Below, in pieces: positions 1-12,496 of a DNA stretch of 64,000 nucleotides; position 1 is the first letter of the stretch; each line of letters opens with the position of its first letter. The stretch spans positions 1,054,001-1,118,000 of the forward strand of contig OZ374557.1 of the NCBI GenBank assembly GCA_977862235.1, written 5' to 3'. The position numbers and the translations under genes were made by a program. The stretch comes from Dudresnaya verticillata. Lineage: Eukaryota. The notes under the pieces were generated by a model. The model was given only the letters and a program-made list of their open reading frames with translations, did not search any database and was not told the origin of the DNA.

Positions 1-220
1 CGCACTGAAATGCGATCACAAGAGGGCTTGCTCATGTCAGCAGTTAGAAAGACTGATTTACAAGTTCCCGTTCATTTTGGTGGCGGATGTGAGTGCGCTG
101 GGACTATGATTTGGGAGATTTGATTGTTTTACGTTTCCTGCCCATTTGATGAGAGGGACTTTGGGCGTTCCTTTGACGATTTGTTTTGCTTGTGGTCACG
201 CAGCGACTCATTCGAGAAGA
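1..220. repeat. Fragment of unclassified repeat family E
   Basis: Reverse-complement similarity to ~43765-43985 (e.g. cattttggtggcggatgtgagtg vs cactcacatccgccactaaaatg). Confidence 0.75.
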
Positions 221-946
221 AGTTCCAGTTTCATCTTAATCTTTTGTCCAGGTGATTCCGTCCTCGCCTGAGAGTTTAATTACTCCGAAGGTGGGAGCTA
301 CTTGAAAACGTTGCTCCGCGCCTGACTGTTTCTTCTTCATCGAAGGGAATCACTTTGTCCTCACATCCCCTTCGGGTGTGTTGCACTACTCGGATTCACC
401 TGCGATATCTCTGTGGACAATAAAATTATTTCCTGAACAAATATTGTCCCAACCTTTCCTTTCTTCAAAAAGTTACAAAGTCGCCTCCACTACCGGTTCA
501 ATTAGCCATGGTTGATACCGAGCCCGAGTTGGATACTTCGAGAGGGTCAAAAATACCCGTTTCCACGGCAATAGAAGTGACAGCTACGGAATCTGACGCC
601 ATCGTCTTAGTGCTGCATGCCGAATCAAGGGTTTTAGGGATGTTGTCCACACCCTCTCTGATGAATCCAATCCCTCAGAGTCTACTGGAAGTTCGTTGGC
701 AGACACAGCCATTATTGAATCTAGGCTGCTGGCCGAGTGTAAGAAGGACTGTGGAATCATTATTTCAGCCCCTGTGGAATCATTATTTCAGCCCGTGGTG
801 ATGTTCCGACTCGCGCTGTTATGGAGGTCCATGATGACCCCAGGCGCATGTTGGAGTTACTGGACTCCCGCAATACCTCCAATCAAACAGACTCGCGTAT
901 TGCAGTGCAGACCGAGCTGTTCCGTCTGAAATTTACTGGTTGGAAT
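221..946 (+). pseudogene. gag: Copia family A copy A1: 5' UTR and decayed gag N-terminus, interrupted by gypsy G1
   Basis: Homologous to 14030-14725. Encodes KIPxFHGxRSDxYxIWR-like and MEVHDDPRRMLELLDSR...DSRIAVQTELF segments typical of copia Gag N-termini. Confidence 0.85.
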
Positions 947-1704
947 TGTGGTACAACGGCAAGCGGGCCACTGAAATGGACGCAGTCGAGCGGGCCAAGT
1001 GGGGCGATTGGCCCAACCAAACGAAGACACTTGGCCAAAAGGGGCCACAACATCGGCGAGCGGTGAACGCGCACATGTATAACACGTGTCTACCGAGCAT
1101 ACACGTGTGTCACACGTGGGCAGCTACAATACCGCAGTCCACCACGTGTCACGTTGTACACGTATGATCTCATTCAAGGGGCCGGACACAAAGGGAAATT
1201 AGATTTGGCCGCAAATGAAATCAGGAAGACAGTGGCAAAATCAAGGGCACATCTAACTCATATGGCCAATGACTAAGGGACAAGTACTTGATTTAGTCTG
1301 GTAGTGGCATGATATTGGCTCGACACCGGAACAAAAGTAGATATTATGGCCAACGGGGAGTAAACTCGGAGGCTAACTGTAGAGTAGCTCTAGAATAGCT
1401 CAGATGGCCGATTTTGGGCCGATTTAGATGGCCACACACTACTGCCCGGCCAGGATAGGGGCCAAGCCGCCCGATCAGAGGTTGGGACTAACATTTTTCA
1501 ATCTTCCCCAACCTGTAACTTCTACTGTTCTCATCTAGTTGGTGGCCACGACTTCGTCTACGCGCACCCGCTCTATCACGCTTGCTATCGGCGCGTAGAT
1601 CCATTATACGTTCGGCCAGTCCTTCAGAAATCCGATCGGTCTTCCTGGTCCTTTGGGGTCTCCTTTTTGGCGCCGCACTCGGTGGTGCTTTTCGAGATAC
1701 TGCA
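947..1704 (+). repeat. G1 5' LTR
   Basis: TG...CA ends, diverged direct repeat of 8707-9476, followed by a PBS-like motif. Confidence 0.92.
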
Positions 1705-1803
1705 CTGGTCTCCCTATTCGTATACCTAGAAGACGAGCTGTGATCTTGGCCGTATTTCTCCGTTAGAAGACTCATGTAGCTGACCGTAGTCGACGACGGC
1801 CAG

Positions 1804-2650
1804 TGTGAATTCCTGGATCTAGCGACGCGGTGGGCAACGCGGTTTTCTTGACTATGCTAGTCCCGACGGCTGTCGGAAGGTTGTAGGAGCTGGCCTGAAT
1901 GTGGATCAATAGTCTCCAACTCAAACGGAAGGTGCTCCGGAAAGTTCAGGTTGAGATCTCAGAAGTTCAGATCTCGGAAGTAGAGGTCTGAGTTATTGCA
2001 GCTTGGCTCGAATGCAGGCCAGAAGCTCGTAGCACGTTGGTAGCAGGTCCAGTGCGGTCAGCGAAAGGATAATGAACATGGAGACGGAGGTCGGAGCAGT
2101 GAGAGGGTGCTACCTCTCTGCTCGGTCGGGTCGCCGAGAGAGGGCTGCCTTTATTGTGGACGCAGTTCGCGTCCTGTTACAAAAGGCAAGGAATCTGAGC
2201 TCTCGCGCAGCAAGAGGCACAGTGAGAACGACTTGCCGTGTGCTACGTAGGCAGATCGCCAGACCAGCCGCCGGGTTGTGTTGCGTCGTGGAGATACGCT
2301 GGTGATCTCATTCTGATTGCACACCAAACGCAGCCTGTGGTCCAGAAGATTATTACCCGTGCTGGAAATATCCAGGTCACCTGATATTTTTGCAACGCCA
2401 GAAAAGTGGCTAAACGTGACACCCGGGCGCAGACCGGGCATTTCTAGGTCGCTCAATGGCGCAGCCATTGTCCGCGCAGCGGAACTCGGGTCAGGAGCTC
2501 AACGACGCAGCCGTTGCCGCGCAGCGGGTCCTGACCTGAATAACACGTCGTAAATGGTAAGGATCGATTAAGGAGCTCAACGGCGCAGCCGTTGCCGCGC
2601 TGCGGGTCCTAACCTGAATGGAACATTGTAAATGATGCTCAGGTGTAACA
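1804..2650. mobile_element. Solo LTR (847 bp) nested in the G1 leader
   Basis: TGTGA...TAACA termini flanked by CCAG/CCAG 4-bp duplication. Internal ~50-bp imperfect repeats at 2447-2619. Lacks the TGGCCA bias of the G1 host. Confidence 0.75.
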
Positions 2651-2766
2651 CCAGTACCTTCCTCGTTGCTGTGGTGGCCAAACCCAGAAAGTTGCAGATT
2701 GTGGGTTAGTAGCTACCTGGTTTCGCAATCTGATAGTCAGTATACTTCAACCGGATTTTGTGGCCA

Positions 2767-2991
2767 CAGTCTAGGTCACAAGCCAGACAACCATCGCTTG
2801 CTTCCTTCCAAGGTCGGAAGCGTTACACACTCGCTGGTTCGTTCCCAGCACAGGGAGCTTTTCACACGTCCGTGTCCGGCCCTTGGTATGGAGAGTAGTA
2901 ACTCGGAATCGTCCGTTCCCACCCCTATGTGTTGCACACGACAGTGTGGTTCCCAGGCAGGCCACTTTGCACATGTCGGCTACGGGATGTC
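2767..2991 (+). repeat. ~225-bp structured repeat (second copy at 31735-31959, minus strand)
   Basis: Starts CAGTCTAGGTCAC. Contains repeated GTTCCCA...TTGCACA units. Clear similarity to the reverse complement of 31735-31959. Confidence 0.85.
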
Positions 2992-3990
2992 TCGAAGTTG
3001 ACACAAGTGGTGCCACTGGCAAAGATCACGGCCAATAATGTGGCAACGGCGATCTGCTCTCACTGGATGTTCAAGTACGGTGCGCCAAAGACGGTCCTGA
3101 TCGATAATGGAGGCCAGTTTTCGGCCAAGTTCTTCCAAGCGGTTTTCTGAGAAGTGCAGGTGGCCAACATCTTCAAAAAAACGTATCACCCTCAGACGAG
3201 TGGCCAAGTGAAAGGAGATAATCGATATTCTATGCCGCGATGCTGAGGTGTTGCGTGAATGAACAAGAGGATGACTGGGACCAGTAGCAGCGGCGTTGAC
3301 GTATGCATATAACTGCCATGTACACCTCTTTACTGGAACCAAGCGTTTCGATCTGGTTCTCAGCCGAACACCGGGACCATTCTCGCTTCAAGATACATTA
3401 AACTGGCCAAAACGCGACTGAAGCAGTAAAGGAAGCGTTTCTGCGCCGATTATCAGAGGCCATGGATAGGGTGTCGGGCAATTTTAACGCGCCACAGGCC
3501 GGCTACAAGAAGGACTTTGACCACTCGGTGTGGACGGGAAATACGATGCTAGCCGCTGGGGATTTCCATTTTTAGACAATCCAGAAAAGCAGCCAAAGAA
3601 GCTGGAAAACCATTCCCAGGGGCCATACAATATCATACGCAATGATGGCCGTACTTTCGTCATTGACAGGGCTGCCTAACTGGAGCGTGTTACTTCCGAC
3701 AGAGTGATAGCAGCACCGAAACCACCAGGGCAAACGGTGGCTACGGAAACTGTGGCCAGCGCCGCTTTGAGAAAACCCCATGAAAGAGTAGCTGCGACGG
3801 CCGAAGAATCTGTTATCGGCAAACTCACGGATATGCGTGAGGATTCTACTGGCCAAGGGTGCTTTCAGGTCAAGTGGTATGGATAGAATGGCCGAGCATG
3901 AGAACCTGGGACTCTTTTGCCGGCCACTTTGAGCTCTCGATTCTTTGCGCGTATGAAGCGCCGAGTTACACCAGGACAAAATAGTTCGTG
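2992..3990 (+). pseudogene. pol: Gypsy integrase core plus chromodomain-like C-terminus, decayed
   Basis: SKLTQVVPL...WMFKYGAPKTVLIDNGGQFSAKFF...TYHPQTSGQ (rve core), DWDQ..ALTYAYN, and VIGKLTD...FQVKWYG (chromo-like). Stops and frameshifts present. Confidence 0.88.
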
Positions 3991-5111
3991 AGGGTAACTT
4001 CAACATGGCCACAGAATTCAAGCGAGCGTAGTCGGGGTCTGGCCAAAACTTGTGGAATTGTGAGAGTTGGGCACCCGGATGGCGAAGGAGGGAGATGCTG
4101 GGTGACAAATACTCTCAGCTGGAACCTCTTCGCCAAAAACACGACAGCGTGCGTGTAGGGATACTCCGGGAGATATAATCGGGCAAATCAAAGGACGAGG
4201 CGACCGAGGTCATCGAATCTCCTGGCGTGCATCAAATTCCGTGGTTGTAAATGGGTGGTAGAAACTACCTCCTCCTTTTTCTGCCCTTGTACAAGTAACT
4301 CCAATTTCCTCACCTCGTGCTCCGAGAAGTCCCTATGCAAGCCCTGAAGAAATGATAAGGCAGGAGGGGCGAGGAGGACGCCTCTGCTATCGACAAGAAG
4401 AAACATGGCCAAAACGCCCAAGGACGCATACCGGCCAAATCAAATACCGGAGAAGTAAGACCTGGGAAAGAAGAGAAATGGACAGACTGAATGTCGTGAC
4501 CACTGTACCCTGAGCAACTGGGGAGGATAAGGCAGACGTTGGACGATCTCTCTTTAGTCCTTGGTGAAATGAATGCATCTACAATGGCCCTACCCAAGGC
4601 AGTGGGTCAGTAGCACTATCACTAGCCAGTATGTTTAGGACACCACCGTATACCCCAGTCCATCCCTTCTACTTCGGCGCCTTCATCCACGGCTAAGACC
4701 CACTCTCGATTTTCCGCTTACGACGGTAGTATTTTTCTCTTGCCCCTCCACTAACAATTCAGTGACATTGGCCAGAAGCGACAATGGCCCAAATAGATGC
4801 TAGCCGTATAACTACGCCTGATCACCAACATCATCAACTGACCAAGATAACACGCACACCCATTTTTGAACCATTGCACTTTAACTCAAGATTGGCCAAA
4901 CAAGCTAATTAGCCCCTAAAGACAAGGGGCTGTTCAACCTTGAAACACACTAACCAGGCGTGTGACATATATGTATACACGCCACCACGATGGCCACTAA
5001 CGTTTGACAACACAAACGCAAGACAAAAGATATCACAAGAAAAACAGTAACTCATCGGCCATAAGAAGGTACTTTGGTCAAGTACTAACCAGGCACGTCA
5101 GCTTGATAAGG

Positions 5112-8100
5112 TTAATGGCCATATGGACTTGGCGAGCGAGGAGACCCCGAAGCATAGGGCTCCCTACCCCTGGCAACCGGCACCAGGTCCCGTGGTGCCG
5201 TTTCAAGAACCGTTGGCGGAGTCACGAATGGAGAAGTGATCTGCAGAGCCAAACCACCGGGAATATGGCCAGCTTGAGGAACATTGGCCACAGGAGTAGG
5301 CGGCGCCGACACAATAGGCCGAGGTTCCTCGGGCTGATAATCGGCCGGACGAGATGGCGCACGCGGATGGCCAGAGACACCGTCGACGTGAGAAGGAGTA
5401 GGAGTCGTTTCTGGTGCAACCGACATTCCAAGACTGCGGCATGTTTGAAGCTGGCGCAGGCGATGGTAGAGTAGATAGAGGAAATTGGGGTATCTGACGA
5501 AAAGCAGGAGGAGTATAAGCACGAAGAGAGGCCAGGTGATGAAAGCTGCGCTGACGCTCTAAGTAGAGCAAAGGCTGCTGACTATGTGCTTCGTCGCACC
5601 AGCGGTCGCGTTGTTTCTTCCAATCAAGACGCTGCTCATTGAATCCGGCCAGTGTCTCCTTCACGGTCTGCATCTCGGCTTCAACGTACTTCTTCTGACT
5701 TCTAACATTGGCCAACTGTTCTTCACCCCGTTTAATTACTCCTTCAGCCTCATCGATGTAAAGACGACGGCGGTTGAATGCCTCGGTCCGGCCATGGTTC
5801 GCAGCACTAAGATGGCCAATAATCGGATTCAATTGACGCAAAATGTTGGCCAGAGATATTTGATTCACGTGGTCACGCACCGAGAGCTCGGCCACTATAT
5901 ACTGATGAGGATGTAACATATTTCCCCGCGATGGAGACATCATTGGCCACTTCGATACCGAAAGTGCTGCCATGCCGAAACGTTACTTTCTTATTCCAGT
6001 GGAAGCCACAGTACTTCTCATCATGGCCAGCTCGATTTTGAAACAAGTAGTTCCGGTGTAACACTGTGTCGAACACCTTCTCATACAAGGCCCCAACATC
6101 TGGGCAATATAAATGGTTGCAATGATGCTGATGATGCTGGTCAACGGGAAGGAAAATGAGATCTTTCACCGCTTCAATCCGTCGATCAATCGCCTTAGTT
6201 GAAAACCACCGCATTCGCTTCGATGCTTGCGCCTCGTAACTAAAGAATATGCTGGCCAGCACATGCCTTTCTACGACGGCAGTCTCCTGAAAGCGTCCAA
6301 TCCAGGTGTTGTCGAGGGTGTGACGACGATATTGACCAACAAAATAATACGCGAAGGGGCTCAGAAGGCCTGCCTTGCCCCTTGATGGCCACGCCTTCCA
6401 AAGAAACGCGGAAACAATAGGGAACCATTCGACTGGAGGCCAAAAACCTTCCTGGCCACGAGTACTTCCTTGTTAGACATGAATGCCTCCCGTGAGATGG
6501 GCCAGCCAATCGCGAGGAGGTATTAAGCGACGAAGATTTGCACTGGCCATTTTCGTGTTCCGCACTGCTGATTGTTCCCAGCGGTCAACCATCCAGGACT
6601 GAGGGAAGGCGTAAAACCGTGTGGATTTGTAGAGCATTGTGTGGCCAGTGAACATCAACCAAGCTCCATGGACGAACATTACGTCTCTGGAACACAGCAG
6701 GAAAGCTAGGTCGAACTTGATCTCGGAAGGAATCCAATAGGGGTGGCCATCACTGTATGCGTCGCGGTATGGATGCCACGCCTCACTTAGCGGACAGTGG
6801 CTTTCGCGAACTCGGATAATATCCAACTTGTTACTTGCGGTCACCAACTCGGTAACTCGGTGTAGGGAATATCCACTCAAGGCAACTCTGGCCAGATAGA
6901 AGTACCTGGAAAACGTTCATTCAAGACCAACGCGGGCCATCTTGATCTTCTAGGCCCGGCGTAATGTCGGTGCGAAAGGGTAGGGCAGTGCGGGCTTGAA
7001 AAGAGGGCTCACGATCCTGGCGAACCGAAGAACAAGGGCCAACACTCGATCTCGGACGCTCCTGGTCACACTTGGGGATGTCCAACGTTTCTTCATAAAC
7101 TCCTTGAAGCGGGGATCTTCGCTACGGCCAGGTTGTTTGGGCGGTGCAACTACAGCTGTCACAGAAGGTGACTAGCCAGTGTTTAGTTCGTCTTTGTCAG
7201 GGAAAATGCCACAAAACGGCGACGGTCGCCCCCGGCCATGAGCTTGGCCGGCGAAACAGGCTTGGAAGCAGCGACATTAATAAATTATGATGCTGTTGCA
7301 CGCGACTGGCCAGTTTCCTTATCCGACAGCCGCTGCTTCTTGGCAGGCGGGATCTGAGATGCCGGCCAAGTTGTCGTGCACGGCTCGACGCTATGGATAT
7401 GAAGGGCGATAGAACCGAGGGAGGTCGCGCCGTATATTTCCTTGACGCACTTGGTGTTGCTGAACGGGAGGGCTGCCGAGGCACAGGGATACCGGTCAGC
7501 GAAGAAGAAGTGGCTTTCCCCTGAGTACTCGCAAGCTGCTTTATTTAGCCGGAATCGCTCTCTTCCACATCTTTGTGCACCCTCACGGGGCTGTAGTCTT
7601 TTCTATGCATAAAGGTCTCTATCTCTTAATCACCTCCAAATCTTCCCTGGCAGAACTGGTGCAGCGGCTGAATTCAGTGTCGCTGAACTCACCTTTATTT
7701 AATCTTTGGCATCCGGTGCTGTCGCCTGAGCTACAAGTGGTTGCCCAATGGCGGCCATGACCTTCTACCTAGTACTGGCCCGCGGTGGGGGAGACGGGTT
7801 AATGGCCGATGGAACCGGAACGTTTATGACGGGTTGCCCTGCCCGTTTTAGCGGTGGCCCCGTTGACGTCTTGCCAGTGCTTGACATATCATATCCGATT
7901 AGCCCACCAGTCGGGTGATGGTCCATCTTATCCTTATCATCCTGGGTCTCAACGGCCGCTACACTCGCCGACGAAGAAGACGTAACAATCGTACCCATAC
8001 GAGCCACCTTGGTCCTATGTTGATCGGCAATTTTCTTCTCAAGATTGGCCAGTTGCCTCTCCTCCGCCTCATATCTCTTCTGACTGGCAGCGATCTCCTT

Positions 8101-8211
8101 CATTAGCTCTTCGGCAGCCGCTGCCGGTGTATCTTGGCTACACAACTCTTGGAAAGTTGAGGGAAGGGAAGCGCCGGAGGAATCTTCGCTGGATGGCCAG
8201 TAGCTGCCCAA
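5112..8211 (-). pseudogene. Decayed antisense ORF(s) of unknown function in the G1 3' internal region
   Basis: Chain of protein-like minus-strand fragments (7765-8211, 6473-6880, 5873-6262, 5203-5973, 5112-5522) with two coiled-coil-like segments. Confidence 0.6.
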
Positions 8212-8706
8212 ATTGAGGCAGCCGCCTATTTCGCGGCCGATGGGACACTAGTCCTCTTGGGAGCAGTTTGGGGCGCCGAAACCGAGCTTGACTTCGGTAA
8301 TTAGGCCACGCCCGGACGAGTAAGCTGGCCAGTCTTCCTTATGGCCGGCTCAGTCACCCTCATGACAGTCGCCTCCTACTCGCTTTCGAGAGGCGATGAT
8401 GAGCTTGACGACGGTAGGGGCCGCGCGTTCTTCCTTTTGGCCGCCGCCGTGCGGCGTGCGCGCGCTTTCGCCGGGTCACCCTCTATGAACGAAGAAAGTG
8501 GCCAGAAGAGCACGAAAGCAGGTCCAGAAGAGCACGAAAGCAGGTTGAGAGTAACGTGCAAGGGGACCTGTGCGTGAAGGGGAAAGTGGTCAGCTTGGTC
8601 GCAGACGATGGTCGAGTAGGGAGAGGGTTAGCGACGAGAATCACGCGCGCTGATATGGGAAGATGAAACAATTGCGGCCAGGAGTCTGCGTTTGCAAAGG
8701 GGGCTC

Positions 8707-9476
8707 TGTGGTATAACGGGAACGGAGCCACTGATATGGATGCAGTCGACCGGGCCAAGTGGGACGATCGGCCCAACCAGACGAAGACACGTAGGCAAAG
8801 GGGCCACAACATCGGCGAGTGGACGACGGGGAGCGCGCATATGTATAAAACGTGTCTACCGAGCATACACGTGTGTCACACGTGGGTAGCTACGACACCG
8901 CAGCCCACCATGTGTCACGTTGTACACGTATGATCTGATTCAAGGGGCCGGACACAAAGGGAAATTGGATTGAGCCGCAAAATGGAATCAAGGGGAAGGC
9001 AGTGGAAACATCAAGGGAACTTCGAACTCATATGGCCAAATATTAACGCAGAAGTACTTGATTTAGTCTGTTAGTGGCATAATATTGGCCCGACGCCGGA
9101 ACGCAAGTAGATATTATGGCCGACGGGGAGTAACCTTGGCCACTAGCTGTAGAATAGCTCCAGATTGGCTCAGATGGCGGCTTTTGGGCCTATTTAGGCG
9201 GCCACAGACTACTGTTCGGCCAGGATACGGACGAAGCCGCCCAGCCAGAGGTTGGGGGTAAAGGTTTTGCAACCTTTCCCCGGCTTGGCCATTCTACTGT
9301 TCTCATCCAGTTTTTGACCAGGACTTCGTCTACGCACAACCGCTCTACCACTATTGTTACCGGCGACTAGACCCGTTCTCCGTTCGGCCAGTCCTTCAAA
9401 AATCCGATCGGTCTTCCTGGTCCTTTGGGGTCTCTTTTTTGGCGCCGCACTGAGAGGGGCTTTTCGAGATACTACA
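8707..9476 (+). repeat. G1 3' LTR
   Basis: TGTGGTATAAC...ATACTACA, direct repeat of 947-1704. Confidence 0.92.
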
Positions 9477-12400
9477 AGAATATACCAAAGTACGTGGACC
9501 AGCACACCTCCTTGTTTGTCCAACTTAAGAGAATGGGCACAGATTCGGCTATTCCGCAGACAAATAAGGCACCTCTGTTCCTTGCATCCATTGATCCCCC
9601 ATGGTCCTGGGAGTCAACCGCTGCAGCTATTCGAAGCTAAGATGTTGCTGAGCTGACCTGGGATTACGTCGCAACTACAATAATCGACGAATATAATGCT
9701 AATAAGTCTCATGCATCGTCTGGAGGAGGCGGATCAAGCAAGTCAAAGAGTCGTCGCAAGAAGAAGAAGAAGTCCACGTCGTCAGACTCTCAACGGCTGC
9801 ATAATTTATCTGTTGACAACGAGATCTCGGATGACTCTTCTGACATTGAATCAACTGTTCGGTCACTTGCCATCGCACTCAAGTCCGCGAAGCATGGCCA
9901 AACGGGGTCCAAAAAGCACATTCACTGTGACTGCTGTGATAAGGATGGGCACACCGCAGATCGTTGCTTTCTCAGTCCGGAAAACCCGAATAAATAGCTT
10001 CCTCCGAAAGTGCGACAGATGTTTCCAGAAGAAGAAGGGGAACGCCAACTCGGTAGTAGCTGCATCGGGCAAGAGTGGGAAATCTGCAAACGTAGAACTC
10101 GTTGGTGCTTCTTTTGAGATGACTAATGATGTTCCCCAAATGACCAAAGAACTTATGGCGATAGTGGGGCTACAGTTCATTATTTCCATTCGATGGCGTC
10201 TTTTGTACGGGGTTCATTAGCTCCCTGTGAGACTCGTACGGTAGTCGTTGCTGACAAGTCTTCGGTCACTACGGCCCTTTGTGGGGATGTCATACTGCCT
10301 TTTGAATACGCCAATATTCCGCTCAAGAAAGTACTGTACATCCGGTAGATGGGGTATTATCTCGTCTCTACAGGACGTCTTGCTCACGAGGGCATGGAAT
10401 CCCATTTTCGACGCTTGGACGTACATTATATACGTTTGGTACTCAACTCGGATGGATTCTATGTTGAATTTGGGATTTGTGATGCAAACGCTGGGATATA
10501 TATTCTACCAGAACAGGCGTTCCATGTTTTGGAGGAGCAAGCATTGTCTATCCCCGGTACTCAACAGACAACCGAGCTTTGGCACCGACGTCGTGCCCAT
10601 GGCAATTTTCGGGATTTGACCAAGGTACACGAGCACGTGGAGGGAGTTCCCAAATTGGGACAAACCCACAATGTCTGTGGGCTTGTAGGATCGGAAACCC
10701 CCACAACATATTGTTTTCATATCACTTCCGTGCGACGAAAGCAGTTGGGGAACGTTTCCATTCGGACATCGTTGGCCCAATTGAGATATCTTTCCCAGAC
10801 CATTTCCGGTACGCTACCACATTCCTGGGCCCCAAATCCCGTTATCTAGTTGTAGCATGTATGAAACGTCGCAGAATATTGGATACAGCTTTCGAAGAAG
10901 CTTCAGTGAGACGTCTTGAGAATGGAGGAGCGGAAATCCGCAAGATCCATTCAGATGGAGCTGAGGAATACTTGCCTCTGCAGAATGCTTTGGGAGGAGT
11001 GGGTAACACTGGCAAATCTTTCTCCCCTCCATATACCCCAGAGCTCAACGGAATCGCAGAACGGGTGAACCGAACAATGGTGGAGGCTGCACTGAATCTG
11101 CTTATCCGAGCTGATTTAGCAAGATGTGTGTGGCCGTTTGCACTGAAACATGTCAATTATGTGCGCAATCAGGTATCACATTCATCTGTTGGTACGAGGC
11201 CATACTCGGTAGTGACTGATGCAATACCTGATCTGAAGCACTTACGGGTCTTTTGATGTGCTGCATACGTACTACGGCTCTCACGCGGATCTAAGTTCTA
11301 GACTTGTGCAATTGAGGATGTGTACGTAGAAACACTTGAGCATGGGATCTACAGCGTACTAATCACTGATGATGGAGGTATAACGCGTGTAGTTGAGTCA
11401 CGCTATCTGACATTTGATGAGTCCAAGGTTCCAGGTACCCCAAGCCTTGGGAGTATGGGAAAGATGAGATATCCTTGGATGAGGACCACCAGTCCGAAAC
11501 TGAAGGTTCTGTACGCAATTCGGATTCCTGTGACGGTTTGTTGCTGAACAATTTTATCAATGATGAGCAGAAGACTGGACTTGATGCACCATCGCCAGCT
11601 CCACCACCTGCATCCGAATTGCGTTCCTCTGAATCTAATAGTACGGATGACGTGGACGGCGACTTCGACAACCATCCTGTTAGTACAGATCCAGTACAGG
11701 AACTGCAACAAGAGAGTCAATATCCTCGCCGCCAGCATCGGAAAACTTCCAAATAGTTTTTGGCAGGCTGGGCTAAATCTGAAACCTTAGTCACCATCAC
11801 GGCAAGAGATGAGCCTACTCTCCTAGAGTCCATGGCTGTAACTCGGGAGGAGCGCGAATTACGGCAGTCTGCAGTTGATGACCAGTTTGCCTCATTAGAC
11901 TCGAAATCGACATGGGTGCGGTACGACGGTCCTGGTGCACAGCCGCTTCCAACCCATGCTGTGTGAAAAGTGAAGCCGAATTCAGACGGTACGGTTGACA
12001 GAATTAAAGCCCCCAGTTTCCGGGGAAACATCCAGACGTATGGTGAGGACTATAAGGAAACGTATGCCCCAGTACCGCCGTTTTCTCTGGTATGAATTTT
12101 ACTGTACTTGGTACTATGTCTGAACACGTTTGTCCTACAACTTGATATGAAAACAGTCTTCCTGAATGGTTATCTGGTACAAAGCGTGTGGACTATTTCA
12201 CCGCGTGGAATTCCGGGAAGGGCCTCACTCTGCTACGGAAAGCTGAAGGCCATGTATGGGCTCAAGCAAGCCCACCTAGCATGGCACTCCAAGATATGTG
12301 GGGACCTTACCAGAATGAATTTTGATGAATTGGCAAGTGCACCTTCTGTGTTTTGTCGAAAATCCAAATCATTCGGATATGTATACATTTGGGTGTAGGT

Positions 12401-12496
12401 TGATGACTTGCTCATTCTTGCACCGACCAAATCGGAATGGGACGCAAATTTGAAAGAACTGCAGTGCGTTTATGATCTAAGGTTGTCTGAAAGTTC
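9477..12496 (+). pseudogene. pol: Copia A1 continued: gag C-terminus (CCHC), protease, integrase, RT N-half; decayed
   Basis: HCDCCDKDGHTADRC knuckle, DSGAT protease motif (~10160), LWHRRRAH, FHSDIVGP, IHSDGAEEY, PYTPELNGIAERVNRT, QLDMKTVFLNG, LKAMYGLKQA. Confidence 0.93.

Larger units (their letters stand above)
947..9476 (+). mobile_element. Ty3/gypsy LTR retrotransposon G1, non-autonomous (gag-PR-RT-RH missing), both LTRs present
   Basis: LTRs 947-1704 and 8707-9476 (TGTGGTA...ATACTRCA). 5-bp TSD GGAAT/AGAAT. PBS-like TGGTCTCCC at 1706. Purine tract AAAGGGGG before the 3' LTR. Removing it rejoins the copia A gag as seen at 14710-14736. Confidence 0.92.
1..11374 (+). repeat. Copy 1 of a near-identical long direct repeat (period 52,626 bp)
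   Basis: Sequence and ORF track of 1-11374 recur at 52627-64000. Differences seen: 6119 G/58745 T, 9167 G/61793 A, 11219 A/63845 G. Confidence 0.98.

Noticed and set aside
749..794. Perfect 23-bp tandem duplication in A1 gag
   Set aside because: A local slippage lesion in a pseudogene.
2447..2619. Repeat-spacer-like pattern
   Set aside because: Only 2-3 imperfect copies inside a solo LTR; an ordinary internal duplication.
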